Source: a virus. From it: a stretch of DNA of 64,000 bases. Shown piece after piece: positions 1 through 6,650 of this stretch. Every line of letters starts with the position of its first letter. Positions within the stretch are counted from its first letter, which is position 1. The stretch lies in IMG/VR virus record IMGVR_UViG_3300045953_000166; one strand, written 5' to 3'. Under the pieces are notes generated by a model that saw only the letters and a program-made list of their open reading frames with translations, searched no databases and was not told where the DNA came from. The position numbers and the translations under genes were made by a program.

Positions 1-22
1 TTCGAGTCCAGGCTCTGGAGCC
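1..22 (+). other. tRNA 3'-end-like segment, candidate att core
   Basis: TTCGAGT (T-loop) CCAGG (T-stem 3' strand) CTCTGGA (acceptor 3' strand) G (discriminator) CC. Closely resembles a tRNA-Asn-type 3' end. The 5' half is absent (63942-63946 GGCGA cannot pair with CCAGG), so this is not a complete tRNA. Confidence 0.5.
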
Positions 23-54
23 TGAATCCCCGCTTCCGTTCGTTCCCGAGTCAA
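1..54. repeat. Left copy of the exact 54-bp terminal identity (length limited by the window edge)
   Basis: TTCGAGTCCAGGCTCTGGAGCCTGAATCCCCGCTTCCGTTCGTTCCCGAGTCAA is identical to 63947-64000. Confidence 0.95.
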
Positions 55-1177
55 CGTTCGGGTCAACGTTCAAGTCGAAGCAGAGGACGGCATCGCAGAG
101 GGTACGCCACTCGAGCTCGGTGTAGTCGTCGATCACGTCCCCCTTCGCATTGTGGGTGATCCGCTCGACTACGTTCTTCTGGGCGCCCCCGGAAAGGCAG
201 ACGCTGATGAACGTGTTTCGGGTCGCGTGAAGGGTCCGGTTCTCGACGTTGACCTTCCGGAGCGCCTCCCGGAAACGCTCGTAGCCACGCGAGCGCGAGA
301 TGTGGGTGCCGACGATGGTCGGGACGATGAAGTCCTCGAGCGTCGGCTTCCGGAGCATGTAGAGCTCGAAGCCCTCTTCCCACCAGGCATCGAGGATGGC
401 GGCGAGCTCGGGGTGCACGGGCACGAAGCGGGGACGAACGTCTTCCTCGTCGTCGGTCTTCAAGGGCTGGTCGTCGTATTGGGTGTCGACGATGAGCCGG
501 GAAAGCGGACCGACGTCGCGCTGCCACGCCCGCCAGCGGCGCCCGCAGACCTCACCCTCCCTCATGCCCGTGTAGAAGGCGAGAGCGTTCCAGACGCGCT
601 GCTTCCACGGGATCCGCTCGTCCGAGACGAGGAGCTTCGCGTCGTGCCGTGGATAGGGGCGGCGCTTGTTCGCGCGCGCGGTCTTTCGCTTCAAGGTTCC
701 TCGGGGAAGTGGCGTCGGATCCGCACCGATCACCTCGTCGAAGGCCGCTCGTCGGAACGCGCCCGCCATGACGCCGTAGACGGTCGCGATCGACTTCTCT
801 CCGAGACGCCCCCGAGCGCGCATGCGCTCGACGAGCCGGAGGCAATCCCGTCCTCGGACGGCGCGCATGCTCATCGAGCAAAACTCGCCGTCGGAAAGGA
901 TGTGGTTCTCGACGAGCTCGCGCTCGTTGTCGGCGCTCCGGTTCGTCCGGCCTGCCATGTAGCTCTCGAGGTAGCTCCGCACCTTGACGTCGCCCTTCAC
1001 CGTCGGCGTGTAGGTACCGGCCTTGACCTGCGCCCTTCGGTCACGCTGGAGGATCTCGGCCGCTCGCAGGCCCGGCGTCTCCGAGCGTTCCCAAATGGGC
1101 TGCTTCTTCCAGGGTACGTGGAACGTCACCCAGAAGGTCACCTTCCCGTGTCGATGCTTACGCGGCACGATCGCCAT
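1..1177 (-). CDS. int: Tyrosine integrase (C-terminal tail runs off the window edge)
   Basis: Missing from the ORF track because no stop lies in the window. ATG at 1177-1175, 392 open codons, MAIVPRKHRHGKVTFWV... Motifs: FYTGMREGE (Arg box), LHATRNTF (HxxR), ITHNAKGDVIDDYT (His plus catalytic Tyr). Confidence 0.85.
   Translation of the reverse strand, partial: MAIVPRKHRHGKVTFWVTFHVPWKKQPIWERSETPGLRAAEILQRDRRAQVKAGTYTPTVKGDVKVRSYLESYMAGRTNRSADNERELVENHILSDGEFCSMSMRAVRGRDCLRLVERMRARGRLGEKSIATVYGVMAGAFRRAAFDEVIGADPTPLPRGTLKRKTARANKRRPYPRHDAKLLVSDERIPWKQRVWNALAFYTGMREGEVCGRRWRAWQRDVGPLSRLIVDTQYDDQPLKTDDEEDVRPRFVPVHPELAAILDAWWEEGFELYMLRKPTLEDFIVPTIVGTHISRSRGYERFREALRKVNVENRTLHATRNTFISVCLSGGAQKNVVERITHNAKGDVIDDYTELEWRTLCDAVLCFDLNVDPNVDSGTNGSGDSGSRAWTR
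50..71. repeat. Direct repeat GTCAACGTTC x2 (12-bp period) next to the att core
   Basis: GTCAACGTTC at 50-59 and 62-71, with a degenerate third unit GTCGAAG at 74-80. Possible arm-type recombinase sites, or simply the coding repeat NVDPNVD of integrase. Confidence 0.35.
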
Positions 1178-1316
1178 GAACGAACCTCACTAGGTCGGCG
1201 CGGAGAAAGCGCCAATCCCGACCGAGACGGCGGCCGGGGATCTGCTTTGCGTTTGCGAGCTTGACGACGGTCTTGCGGTCGAGCCGAAGGAAAGCGGAGG
1301 CTTCGGTGAGCGTCAT
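1158..1316 (-). CDS. xis: Excisionase-type HTH protein
   Basis: MTLTEASAFLRLDRKTVVKLANAKQIPGRRLGRDWRFLRADLVRFV matches the excisionase-family HTH pattern. Its stop overlaps the int start by 20 nt. The track ORF extends to 1382. Confidence 0.7.
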   Translation of the reverse strand: MTLTEASAFLRLDRKTVVKLANAKQIPGRRLGRDWRFLRADLVRFVHGDRAA

Positions 1317-1348
1317 CACCTCGGGTTGATCGGTGGCGGCTTTCCGTG

Positions 1349-1588
1349 TCACGGCGTCTCGACCTCCATGCTCTTGCGGCACGAGAACCGGCCCTTGTAG
1401 TCGATGTCAGGGTTCCCGCCCTGCTCGATGCAGAACGCGATCGTTTGCCCGATGGAGCCGCGCGGGTAATTGTCGGGAGAGCACGTGGCGCGCTCGCCGA
1501 CGCCGTACCCGATCGACCCAACGACGAAGACGGTAACCACGAACACGGTGACCATCAGCCACCAGGGAGCGTCATCGTCTTTCTTCAC
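1349..1588 (-). CDS. Small membrane-anchored Cys-containing protein
   Basis: GTG at 1588 preceded by GAGG. VKKDDDAPWWLMVTVFVVTVFVVGSIGYG has a TM helix followed by a Cys-containing ectodomain. The upstream part of the track ORF is Arg-rich shadow. Confidence 0.5.
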   Translation of the reverse strand: MKKDDDAPWWLMVTVFVVTVFVVGSIGYGVGERATCSPDNYPRGSIGQTIAFCIEQGGNPDIDYKGRFSCRKSMEVETP

Positions 1589-1722
1589 GGCACACCTCGC
1601 ATTCGACGCCACGCCTCGCGCCCGTCGATCGTTCCACGGCGCAGCGTGCGTCGTGGCCGCTCGCGATCGCGAAGCGCCGCGAGCAACATCCCGACGGCGA
1701 TGACGAGCGACAGCGCGAGCAT
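1585..1722 (-). CDS. Mini membrane protein (45 aa, below the track cutoff)
   Basis: MLALSLVIAVGMLLAALRDRERPRR... has one TM helix plus a basic tail. Its TGA overlaps the GTG of the next gene (GTGA coupling). Confidence 0.4.
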   Translation of the reverse strand: MLALSLVIAVGMLLAALRDRERPRRTLRRGTIDGREAWRRMRGVP

Positions 1723-1792
1723 CGGGTCGATCACGCGACCCCCAGTGACGGCCGTTCACCCCTGCTCGATCGCAAGCGACGCCCGTTCAGCC

Positions 1793-1854
1793 GTTGCGAC
1801 ACGTTGCGACATGACGCGTGCGTGCCACGGGATCGCGCCGCCCCTGTTGCGACA
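1793..1854. repeat. Three copies of GTTGCGACA in an intergenic region
   Basis: GTTGCGACA at 1793-1801, 1803-1811 and 1846-1854, in the gap between the 1880-2224 gene and the membrane mini-genes. Confidence 0.6.
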
Positions 1855-1879
1855 TTTCTCGAGCCGAAAAACGCGGCGA

Positions 1880-2224
1880 TCACGCCGACCTCGCATGGTC
1901 TTCCGAGTCGTCACCGAGACTCTCGACGTACTCGACGATCGCTCGTGCGACTCGTACATCGCGAGGCCTCGGATAGCGCTTCTCCGTTCGGTCGAGGTAG
2001 CCGTGCCCGGTGCTCCACTTCCGTCCCCACCGACGAACGAACTCGGCCATCGAGAGTCCTGAGCGCTCGAAGAGCTCGATGCACTCACGCTTCCGCTCGA
2101 GTTTCTCCTCCAAGCTCTGGCACCGTTCCTGCTCTGTCGCGTGATGTGGCGCGACGGCGAGCGGCAGAGCCTTGGCCCGAGCTTGGGCTTCTTCCACCAG
2201 CGAAGGCTTGGCGAGCGGCTTCAC
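1880..2224 (-). CDS. Hypothetical protein with possible HTH
   Basis: Balanced composition. ELFERSGLSMAEFVRRWG resembles an HTH. Start is coupled to the upstream stop. Confidence 0.5.
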   Translation of the reverse strand: MKPLAKPSLVEEAQARAKALPLAVAPHHATEQERCQSLEEKLERKRECIELFERSGLSMAEFVRRWGRKWSTGHGYLDRTEKRYPRPRDVRVARAIVEYVESLGDDSEDHARSA

Positions 2225-2451
2225 GCGACCCTTCCTACCGAAGCGTCAACGCGCTCCTCGTCCGTCTCGTGGTCGTCGGCGCGCCTCACCGTCACGAGCG
2301 CTTCATCGACGCCGAGCCGTGCGGCCCCGATCGTCCTCGCCCCGAACCAGCTCTGCACCGTCACGCGCACCTCGCGCTCGCGGTAGGACACGATCCAGTC
2401 CACCGGGTCGTGGGGCGGGTAGTCGGTGTCGAGGCGGGGGGCGGGGGACAT
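2221..2451 (-). CDS. Hypothetical protein
   Basis: 76 aa, abuts the BRO gene stop and overlaps the next start. Part of the leftward operon. Confidence 0.45.
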   Translation of the reverse strand: MSPAPRLDTDYPPHDPVDWIVSYREREVRVTVQSWFGARTIGAARLGVDEALVTVRRADDHETDEERVDASVGRVA

Positions 2452-3207
2452 CTACGCCGACCTCGGCGGCAGCCGACGGATCGGCGTGAGCAGCGAGAGT
2501 TGGAGCGGTGCGTTACGGACGGCTGTTTCCATGTTCGCGCGCCACTGGTCCCACGAGAACGAAAGCCGAGCGATCGAGATGCCGATCCGGGCGACATTCT
2601 CGACGTGCTGCCGGAGCTCGCCGCTGAACATGCTGTGATCGGGACGGTTCGCCGAGCGGTTTTGGTTGCGGCGTCGGCGCTCGGCTTGCTGCCCGTCGAT
2701 CGGGATCGCGAGGTCGTAGACGATCTGCGCGAGGAGCGGAGCCCACGGTGGGTTGCCCGTTCGACGTGGCTCGTGGCGCATCTTCAAGAGCTCGGTGATG
2801 AGCTCGGAGAAAAGCGGCTTCGCGCTCGTCGGTGCGTGCGGGAAGCAAACCTCGAGGAGCTTGGCCGACTGCTTCGCCCGATCGGCCTCGACGGCGTCGT
2901 AAAAGCCCTGGCGGCGAATCGCCGGAAGCACTTCGGTAGCGACCCAGTCAACAAAAGCCTCGGCTTCGGCCTTGCGACTACGCATCACGAGCTTGTAGAG
3001 ACCGGCCTCAGTGACGAAAGCGGCTTCTTTTCTGCCCTGAATCGGTTGAACCGATACATCCGCTTGACGGAGCCGCGAGCAAGCATCGCTCACGTTGACG
3101 ATCCCGAGCACGTCGCACACGTCGGCGGCACAGAAGAGCGGCGCGTCGGCAGTGCCGGCGGTGCGTACCCGGCAATGGCCGAAGGCGAAGGACTGGAGCG
3201 CCGACAC
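2452..3207 (-). CDS. BRO-N family antirepressor-like protein
   Basis: N-terminus FAFGHCRVRTAGTADAPLFCAADVCDVLGIVNVSDACSRL...VTEAGLYKLVMRSRKAEAEAFVDWVATEVLPAIRRQG is the classic BRO-N pattern. The C-terminal half looks P63C-like. Confidence 0.8.
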   Translation of the reverse strand: MSALQSFAFGHCRVRTAGTADAPLFCAADVCDVLGIVNVSDACSRLRQADVSVQPIQGRKEAAFVTEAGLYKLVMRSRKAEAEAFVDWVATEVLPAIRRQGFYDAVEADRAKQSAKLLEVCFPHAPTSAKPLFSELITELLKMRHEPRRTGNPPWAPLLAQIVYDLAIPIDGQQAERRRRNQNRSANRPDHSMFSGELRQHVENVARIGISIARLSFSWDQWRANMETAVRNAPLQLSLLTPIRRLPPRSA

Positions 3208-3501
3208 CTACCGGCCCCCCACGTGGTTCCTCGAGAGAACCGCCGCCCGAAGCCGGTCGAGGAACGGCAGGGCCAGCTTTCGAGAGCGCAGCGGCAGAAT
3301 CGTGCAGCCGTTCTCGGCGAGCCGCTGGGCCGTGCTCTCCGCGCAGCCCATCAGAACGGCAGCGCCGCGAATCGAGACGCGAGCGTCGTCACACGCGCCC
3401 CGAAAGGCCGCACCGACAAGTCGGTGCACTTTCTTCGGCGTGAGGTCGATCGGCACGACACGAGGTCGCCGACGTCGGCTACGGTTGACGGTCTTCGCCA
3501 T
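3208..3501 (-). CDS. Hypothetical small basic protein
   Basis: 97 aa, directly upstream of and abutting the BRO gene. Plausible DNA-binding composition. Confidence 0.45.
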   Translation of the reverse strand: MAKTVNRSRRRRPRVVPIDLTPKKVHRLVGAAFRGACDDARVSIRGAAVLMGCAESTAQRLAENGCTILPLRSRKLALPFLDRLRAAVLSRNHVGGR

Positions 3502-3676
3502 GGGCTACGAAGACCTCAAGGGGAACGAGGACGGAGTTATCCACAAGCAGCCGGAAGCGGACGAGGTTCGCGCGGTTGCACCGATGGTCGGAACGGGAAT
3601 GCCACACCCACGCAACTGCGTTGTGGCGCGGTCCGAACGGATGGTGCAAAACGGCACGACCATGATGGGGATCAAT

Positions 3677-3931
3677 TCAAGAGGTGCCGGTGGGCTTTTC
3701 CTTCTGCTCTGCGCCTTCTTCGGCGTTCGCAGGCTGGTCCCACAGGCCTTCATCGACTCCGAACTCGGACCGGATCTTTTTGGACAGCACGCGGCCGGGG
3801 CGCCTCCCGTCCTTCTCGGAGAGAATTCGAGAGAGGTTGCCCCCGTCGGTCTTCAGGAGCTTGGCGGCGGCGTTCACGGACAGGCCGCGACGCGCGATGG
3901 CAGCGGCCGTTTCAACGGCTCCGCGATTCAT
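3677..3931 (-). CDS. Cro/YdaS-like HTH regulator (first gene of the leftward arm)
   Basis: AAAIARRGLSVNAAAKLLKTDGGNLSRIL is an HTH. It lies divergent from the repressor gene. ATG sits 8 nt downstream of a TAAGGT -10 box. Confidence 0.65.
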   Translation of the reverse strand: MNRGAVETAAAIARRGLSVNAAAKLLKTDGGNLSRILSEKDGRRPGRVLSKKIRSEFGVDEGLWDQPANAEEGAEQKEKPTGTS

Positions 3932-3939
3932 GAAACGGC

Positions 3940-3975
3940 ACCTTACTGCCGAGTGGCAGCACTGTCAAGTGGCAG
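3940..3975 (-). promoter_or_regulatory. Leftward promoter-operator module (PL-like)
   Basis: Minus strand reads CTGCCACTTGACAGTGCTGCCACTCGGCAGTAAGGT. -35 TTGACA (3968-3963), 17-nt spacer, -10 TAAGGT (3945-3940). Two 14-bp CTGYC-N4-GRCAG palindromes at 3946-3959 and 3962-3975. Confidence 0.65.
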
Positions 3976-3987
3976 GAAACGGGACTA

Positions 3988-4001
3988 TTGCCAGGTGACA
4001 G
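3988..4001. promoter_or_regulatory. Third operator-like site between PL and the repressor gene
   Basis: TTGCCAGGTGACAG resembles the CTGCCACTTGACAG operator unit. It lies 24 nt upstream of the repressor ATG. Confidence 0.4.
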
Positions 4002-4024
4002 TACTTCGGCCACTGACGAAGGCG

Positions 4025-4360
4025 ATGGCGACGGCGAAGAAGCCAAAAGCGAGGGTGTCCGTCGTCGCCCCTGGGTGGGAGGGTTTCGGCCGGCGCTTTC
4101 GCCACGCGCTCGAGTCGCGCTGCGCCGACTGGGGCGTCTCGGAGAACGAGATCGCTCGTCGCTCCCACCTCAACAGCGGGGCGTTCAGCAGGGCAAAGGG
4201 CGGGCGCGTTGGTACCGGCGCAAACACCGTCATGCTGCTCGCACGCGCCCTCTACGTGCGGCTTACATGGCTCTTGGAGGGTAACGAGCCCTCCGGACTA
4301 TCCGAGTTCAAGGCCGATCCTGGGCCACCCGACAAGCCGGCACGCGCGACCGGCTCCTGA
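4025..4360 (+). CDS. XRE/CI-type HTH repressor candidate
   Basis: MATAKKPKARV...WGVSENEIARRSHLNSGAFSRAKGG...NTVMLLARALYVRLTWLLEG is an XRE-type HTH. It is flanked by the two mirrored promoter-operator modules. The upstream part of track ORF 3095-4360 is shadow. Confidence 0.7.
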   Translation: MATAKKPKARVSVVAPGWEGFGRRFRHALESRCADWGVSENEIARRSHLNSGAFSRAKGGRVGTGANTVMLLARALYVRLTWLLEGNEPSGLSEFKADPGPPDKPARATGS

Positions 4361-4405
4361 CAACGTGTAGGCTCGGGTCGGAGAAAATAACGCACGGCTC
4401 GGGCT

Positions 4406-4441
4406 CTGCCACTTGACAGCACTGCCAACCGGCAGTAAGGT
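4406..4441 (+). promoter_or_regulatory. Rightward promoter-operator module (PR-like)
   Basis: CTGCCACTTGACAGCACTGCCAACCGGCAGTAAGGT. -35 TTGACA (4413-4418), 17-nt spacer, -10 TAAGGT (4436-4441). Operators at 4406-4419 and 4422-4435. GAGGAG RBS and ATG 4466 follow. Confidence 0.7.
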
Positions 4442-4465
4442 CCCCTCTGTCACCGAGGAGGACCG

Positions 4466-4690
4466 ATGCCCCAAGCCGAAACGACCCCCGCTTCCCCCGC
4501 CGATCTCGTACCCCAGGGCCCGACGCTCGGGATCCCGAAGGCGCCGAAGGTTCCGAGCGGCTTCTACTGCCAAGAGTGCGGCCACGCCTTCCGCACCGTC
4601 AAAGCTGCCGAGCGCGCGTCGTTCGGTCCTGACGGCTGCCCGAACTGCGGCGGCGCTGACATCGACCTCGGAAAGCCGGTGTCGTCGTGA
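4466..4690 (+). CDS. Zinc-ribbon protein
   Basis: CQECG...CPNCG four-Cys ribbon. GAGGAG RBS lies 5 nt upstream. First gene after PR. Confidence 0.6.
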   Translation: MPQAETTPASPADLVPQGPTLGIPKAPKVPSGFYCQECGHAFRTVKAAERASFGPDGCPNCGGADIDLGKPVSS

Positions 4691-4947
4691 GGCTCCGTTG
4701 CGGCGCCTACAACGGCCCGGCCTTCGTTCCTGGCCGCATGGCCTACGTGCCGAAGGCCTCGAAGCTCCCGTCGAAGTGCCACCACTGCGGCAAGCGGGGA
4801 GGCAGCTACTGCACCATCGAGGATTCGCCCGTCTCGAGGGTCGTCATCGGCTGCAAGCTCTGCGGGCACGAGTTCGTGAAGGTCTTCGGGGCGAAGGCGG
4901 TCGTCGAGGCCGAGGGTGAGGTCGTTTCTGACAGGCAGGTGGCGTGA
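4687..4947 (+). CDS. Zinc-ribbon protein
   Basis: CHHCG...CKLCG. ATGA overlap with the upstream gene. Confidence 0.55.
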   Translation: MRLRCGAYNGPAFVPGRMAYVPKASKLPSKCHHCGKRGGSYCTIEDSPVSRVVIGCKLCGHEFVKVFGAKAVVEAEGEVVSDRQVA

Positions 4948-5387
4948 TGGGCCGCCTCGAACTCCACGAGCACTGCTACATCACGGGCCCGAAGGCGGGG
5001 CGCTCGTCGATTCCTGGCGGGACTCTTGTTCATTCGCACGAGGGCGGCGACCGGCCCCACGAGCACGACGACGGCACGAATCGCACCGGCCCCGGCTCCT
5101 ACACCATCGACAAGGACGAGTGGCGCGCACGCACGGGTCTCATCGGCGGCGGGCGGAAGAGGTTCACCCGCAAACCGACCGGCAGCCAGCTCCCAGTCGT
5201 TGTCGTCGAGCCGCCGCAGATCAAGGTCGTGATCGTCGGCGACGGCGGCAAGGCAGCGGCGCGCGGCACGACCGGAGCTGGGTTCGGCGCGGTTCACCGC
5301 ATGCAGCTCGCGATGAAGGCCGAGGTCGCGAGCGTGACGCATGTTCCAGGTGGTGAGCGCAGCACTCGAAAGGCGGCTGCACGATGA
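4944..5387 (+). CDS. Hypothetical protein (His-rich N-terminus)
   Basis: Coupled start. HEHCYITG...HSHEGGDRPHEHDDG. Ordinary composition compared with the antisense shadow 4806-5978. Confidence 0.5.
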   Translation: MMGRLELHEHCYITGPKAGRSSIPGGTLVHSHEGGDRPHEHDDGTNRTGPGSYTIDKDEWRARTGLIGGGRKRFTRKPTGSQLPVVVVEPPQIKVVIVGDGGKAAARGTTGAGFGAVHRMQLAMKAEVASVTHVPGGERSTRKAAAR

Positions 5388-5689
5388 CCGCCCGACTTCA
5401 CTCCCCCCGGGGTCCTCGACCGACGTCGCCGTTGTTCGATACGGCCACGGCGCTCGCTCGAGGGGCCGCTGTCGAGCTCGTGCCGACCATCCCGGCGCCT
5501 GCTCCCGAAGCACCCGACCTCCGCAAGCTTTTCGTTCTGGAATACCGCGCGGGCGACGTGTGGGTTCCGATGGCGGGCGACGCCTACCACGATCCCGGTG
5601 ACGCTCAGCGTGCAGCGAAGCGCGCGCAGCTACAGGGCAAGACGACGCGGATCGTCGTCTACGCGCCCCAAGGTGGAGACGTGACATGA
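5384..5689 (+). CDS. Hypothetical protein
   Basis: ATGA coupling at both ends. Confidence 0.5.
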   Translation: MTARLHSPRGPRPTSPLFDTATALARGAAVELVPTIPAPAPEAPDLRKLFVLEYRAGDVWVPMAGDAYHDPGDAQRAAKRAQLQGKTTRIVVYAPQGGDVT

Positions 5690-5793
5690 GCCAGGCGGAA
5701 CTCCAAGCCGAAGGCGAGTCCCGCGAATTTGCCGACCGCATCATCGGCGCAATCCGACGCGTGGTTGGGTGGCTCAAGCGGAGGTGCTCGTGA
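5686..5793 (+). CDS. Mini-ORF (35 aa, below the track cutoff)
   Basis: MSQAELQAEGESREFADRIIGAIRRVVGWLKRRCS. GGTGGAG RBS. ATGA overlap upstream and GTGA overlap downstream. Confidence 0.4.
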   Translation: MSQAELQAEGESREFADRIIGAIRRVVGWLKRRCS

Positions 5794-6074
5794 AACCGCG
5801 CTCGCCGACGCCCAATCACTACGAGATCGCCGCCCGCGAGCGGAAGTCCGCGCGGATCGTGCTCGCGCTCGACGCGTTCGCCGAGGAACGCGGGCAGACG
5901 CTCGACGAGCTCCTGACCGAGCTGCCCACGTGGACGCCCGAAGCTTGGGCGCTCATCGCCGAGGCCGCTGACGTCCATCCGCCTTCGGAGGAAACGATCC
6001 CAATGATCCTCGCGCTCGTACGCGCGCGCATAGAGCTTGAGTCACGGGAGGAGGCACGGCGCTATGGCACGTGA
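5790..6074 (+). CDS. Hypothetical protein
   Basis: GTG at 5790 with GGAGG 6 nt upstream. The track ORF starts at 5769. Confidence 0.5.
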   Translation: MKPRSPTPNHYEIAARERKSARIVLALDAFAEERGQTLDELLTELPTWTPEAWALIAEAADVHPPSEETIPMILALVRARIELESREEARRYGT

Positions 6075-6348
6075 GGTTTTCCTCATCGAGGAAGGCTACG
6101 GACCGCAGGACCGCGGCGACATCTTCCTCACTCGCGAGGAGGCCGAGGAGCTCGACGGTGACTCGCTCGACCCGCGTGAGTCGATCGTTCGCTACATCCC
6201 CGAGGATCTCGACGCGAAGGCGGCGCTCGCGTCAACGCACGCGCGCCTCGAGCGCTTCGCTGAGAAGCTTTCGCTCTGCCGACTGTCGGCCGAACTCTAC
6301 TTCGAATTCGCGCAGATCGTGAAGGGCGCGGAAGGAGGGCTCAAGTGA
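6064..6348 (+). CDS. Hypothetical acidic protein
   Basis: MAREVFLIEEGYGPQDRGDIFLTREEAEELDG. GGGAGGAGG upstream. The track ORF starts at 6037. Confidence 0.5.
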   Translation: MAREVFLIEEGYGPQDRGDIFLTREEAEELDGDSLDPRESIVRYIPEDLDAKAALASTHARLERFAEKLSLCRLSAELYFEFAQIVKGAEGGLK

Positions 6349-6557
6349 GAACCACCGGCTTTCGTCTTCAAGCGAACGCTCACCGTGCACGCGGGATCGC
6401 CCGGCTCCGATGCTTGGAGCTCACGAAGTATTTGAACCCACCGCCCGACGTGAAGGTCGACCCGGACGTCCAGCGGTGGACGGCACGGGTGCTCGCTCAC
6501 GAGGCGGCCGACAGGATGCGCGAGGCGCACGAGAGCGTGGGTGGGATCTTGAGCTGA
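6345..6557 (+). CDS. Hypothetical protein
   Basis: GTGA-coupled start, 70 aa. Confidence 0.4.
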   Translation: MRTTGFRLQANAHRARGIARLRCLELTKYLNPPPDVKVDPDVQRWTARVLAHEAADRMREAHESVGGILS

Positions 6558-6650
6558 CGTTGCGAGTCGAAGCTGGGCGAGCGCCTCGGTGTAATCCCCC
6601 TCCGCTGGGGTGCTCGCTCAACTTCGGAATGCACACGAGGAGAACGAACG

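Noticed and set aside
152-1264. 370-aa plus-strand ORF covering the integrase region
   Set aside because: Arg/Gly/Pro/Asp-rich with no recognisable motifs. It is exactly antisense to a frame with clear tyrosine-recombinase motifs, which makes it a typical high-GC shadow ORF.
3505-3753. 82-aa minus-strand ORF in the 175-bp gap between the Cro-like and 97-aa genes
   Set aside because: It overlaps the Cro-like gene in another frame, has Ser/Thr/Arg/Pro-rich composition and no RBS. The gap may be a regulatory or structured leader, but I could not support a feature.
1804-3933. 709-aa plus-strand ORF, together with other very long ORFs (4806-5978 minus, 23929-25251 plus, 28613-29995 plus, 40894-42522 plus, 46064-47536 plus, 16015-16998 minus)
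   Set aside because: All are extremely Arg/Pro/Gly-rich and lack motifs. Each lies antisense to genes with strong family signatures (BRO, fibre, sheath, protease, ParB). They are artefacts of stop-codon paucity in GC-rich DNA.
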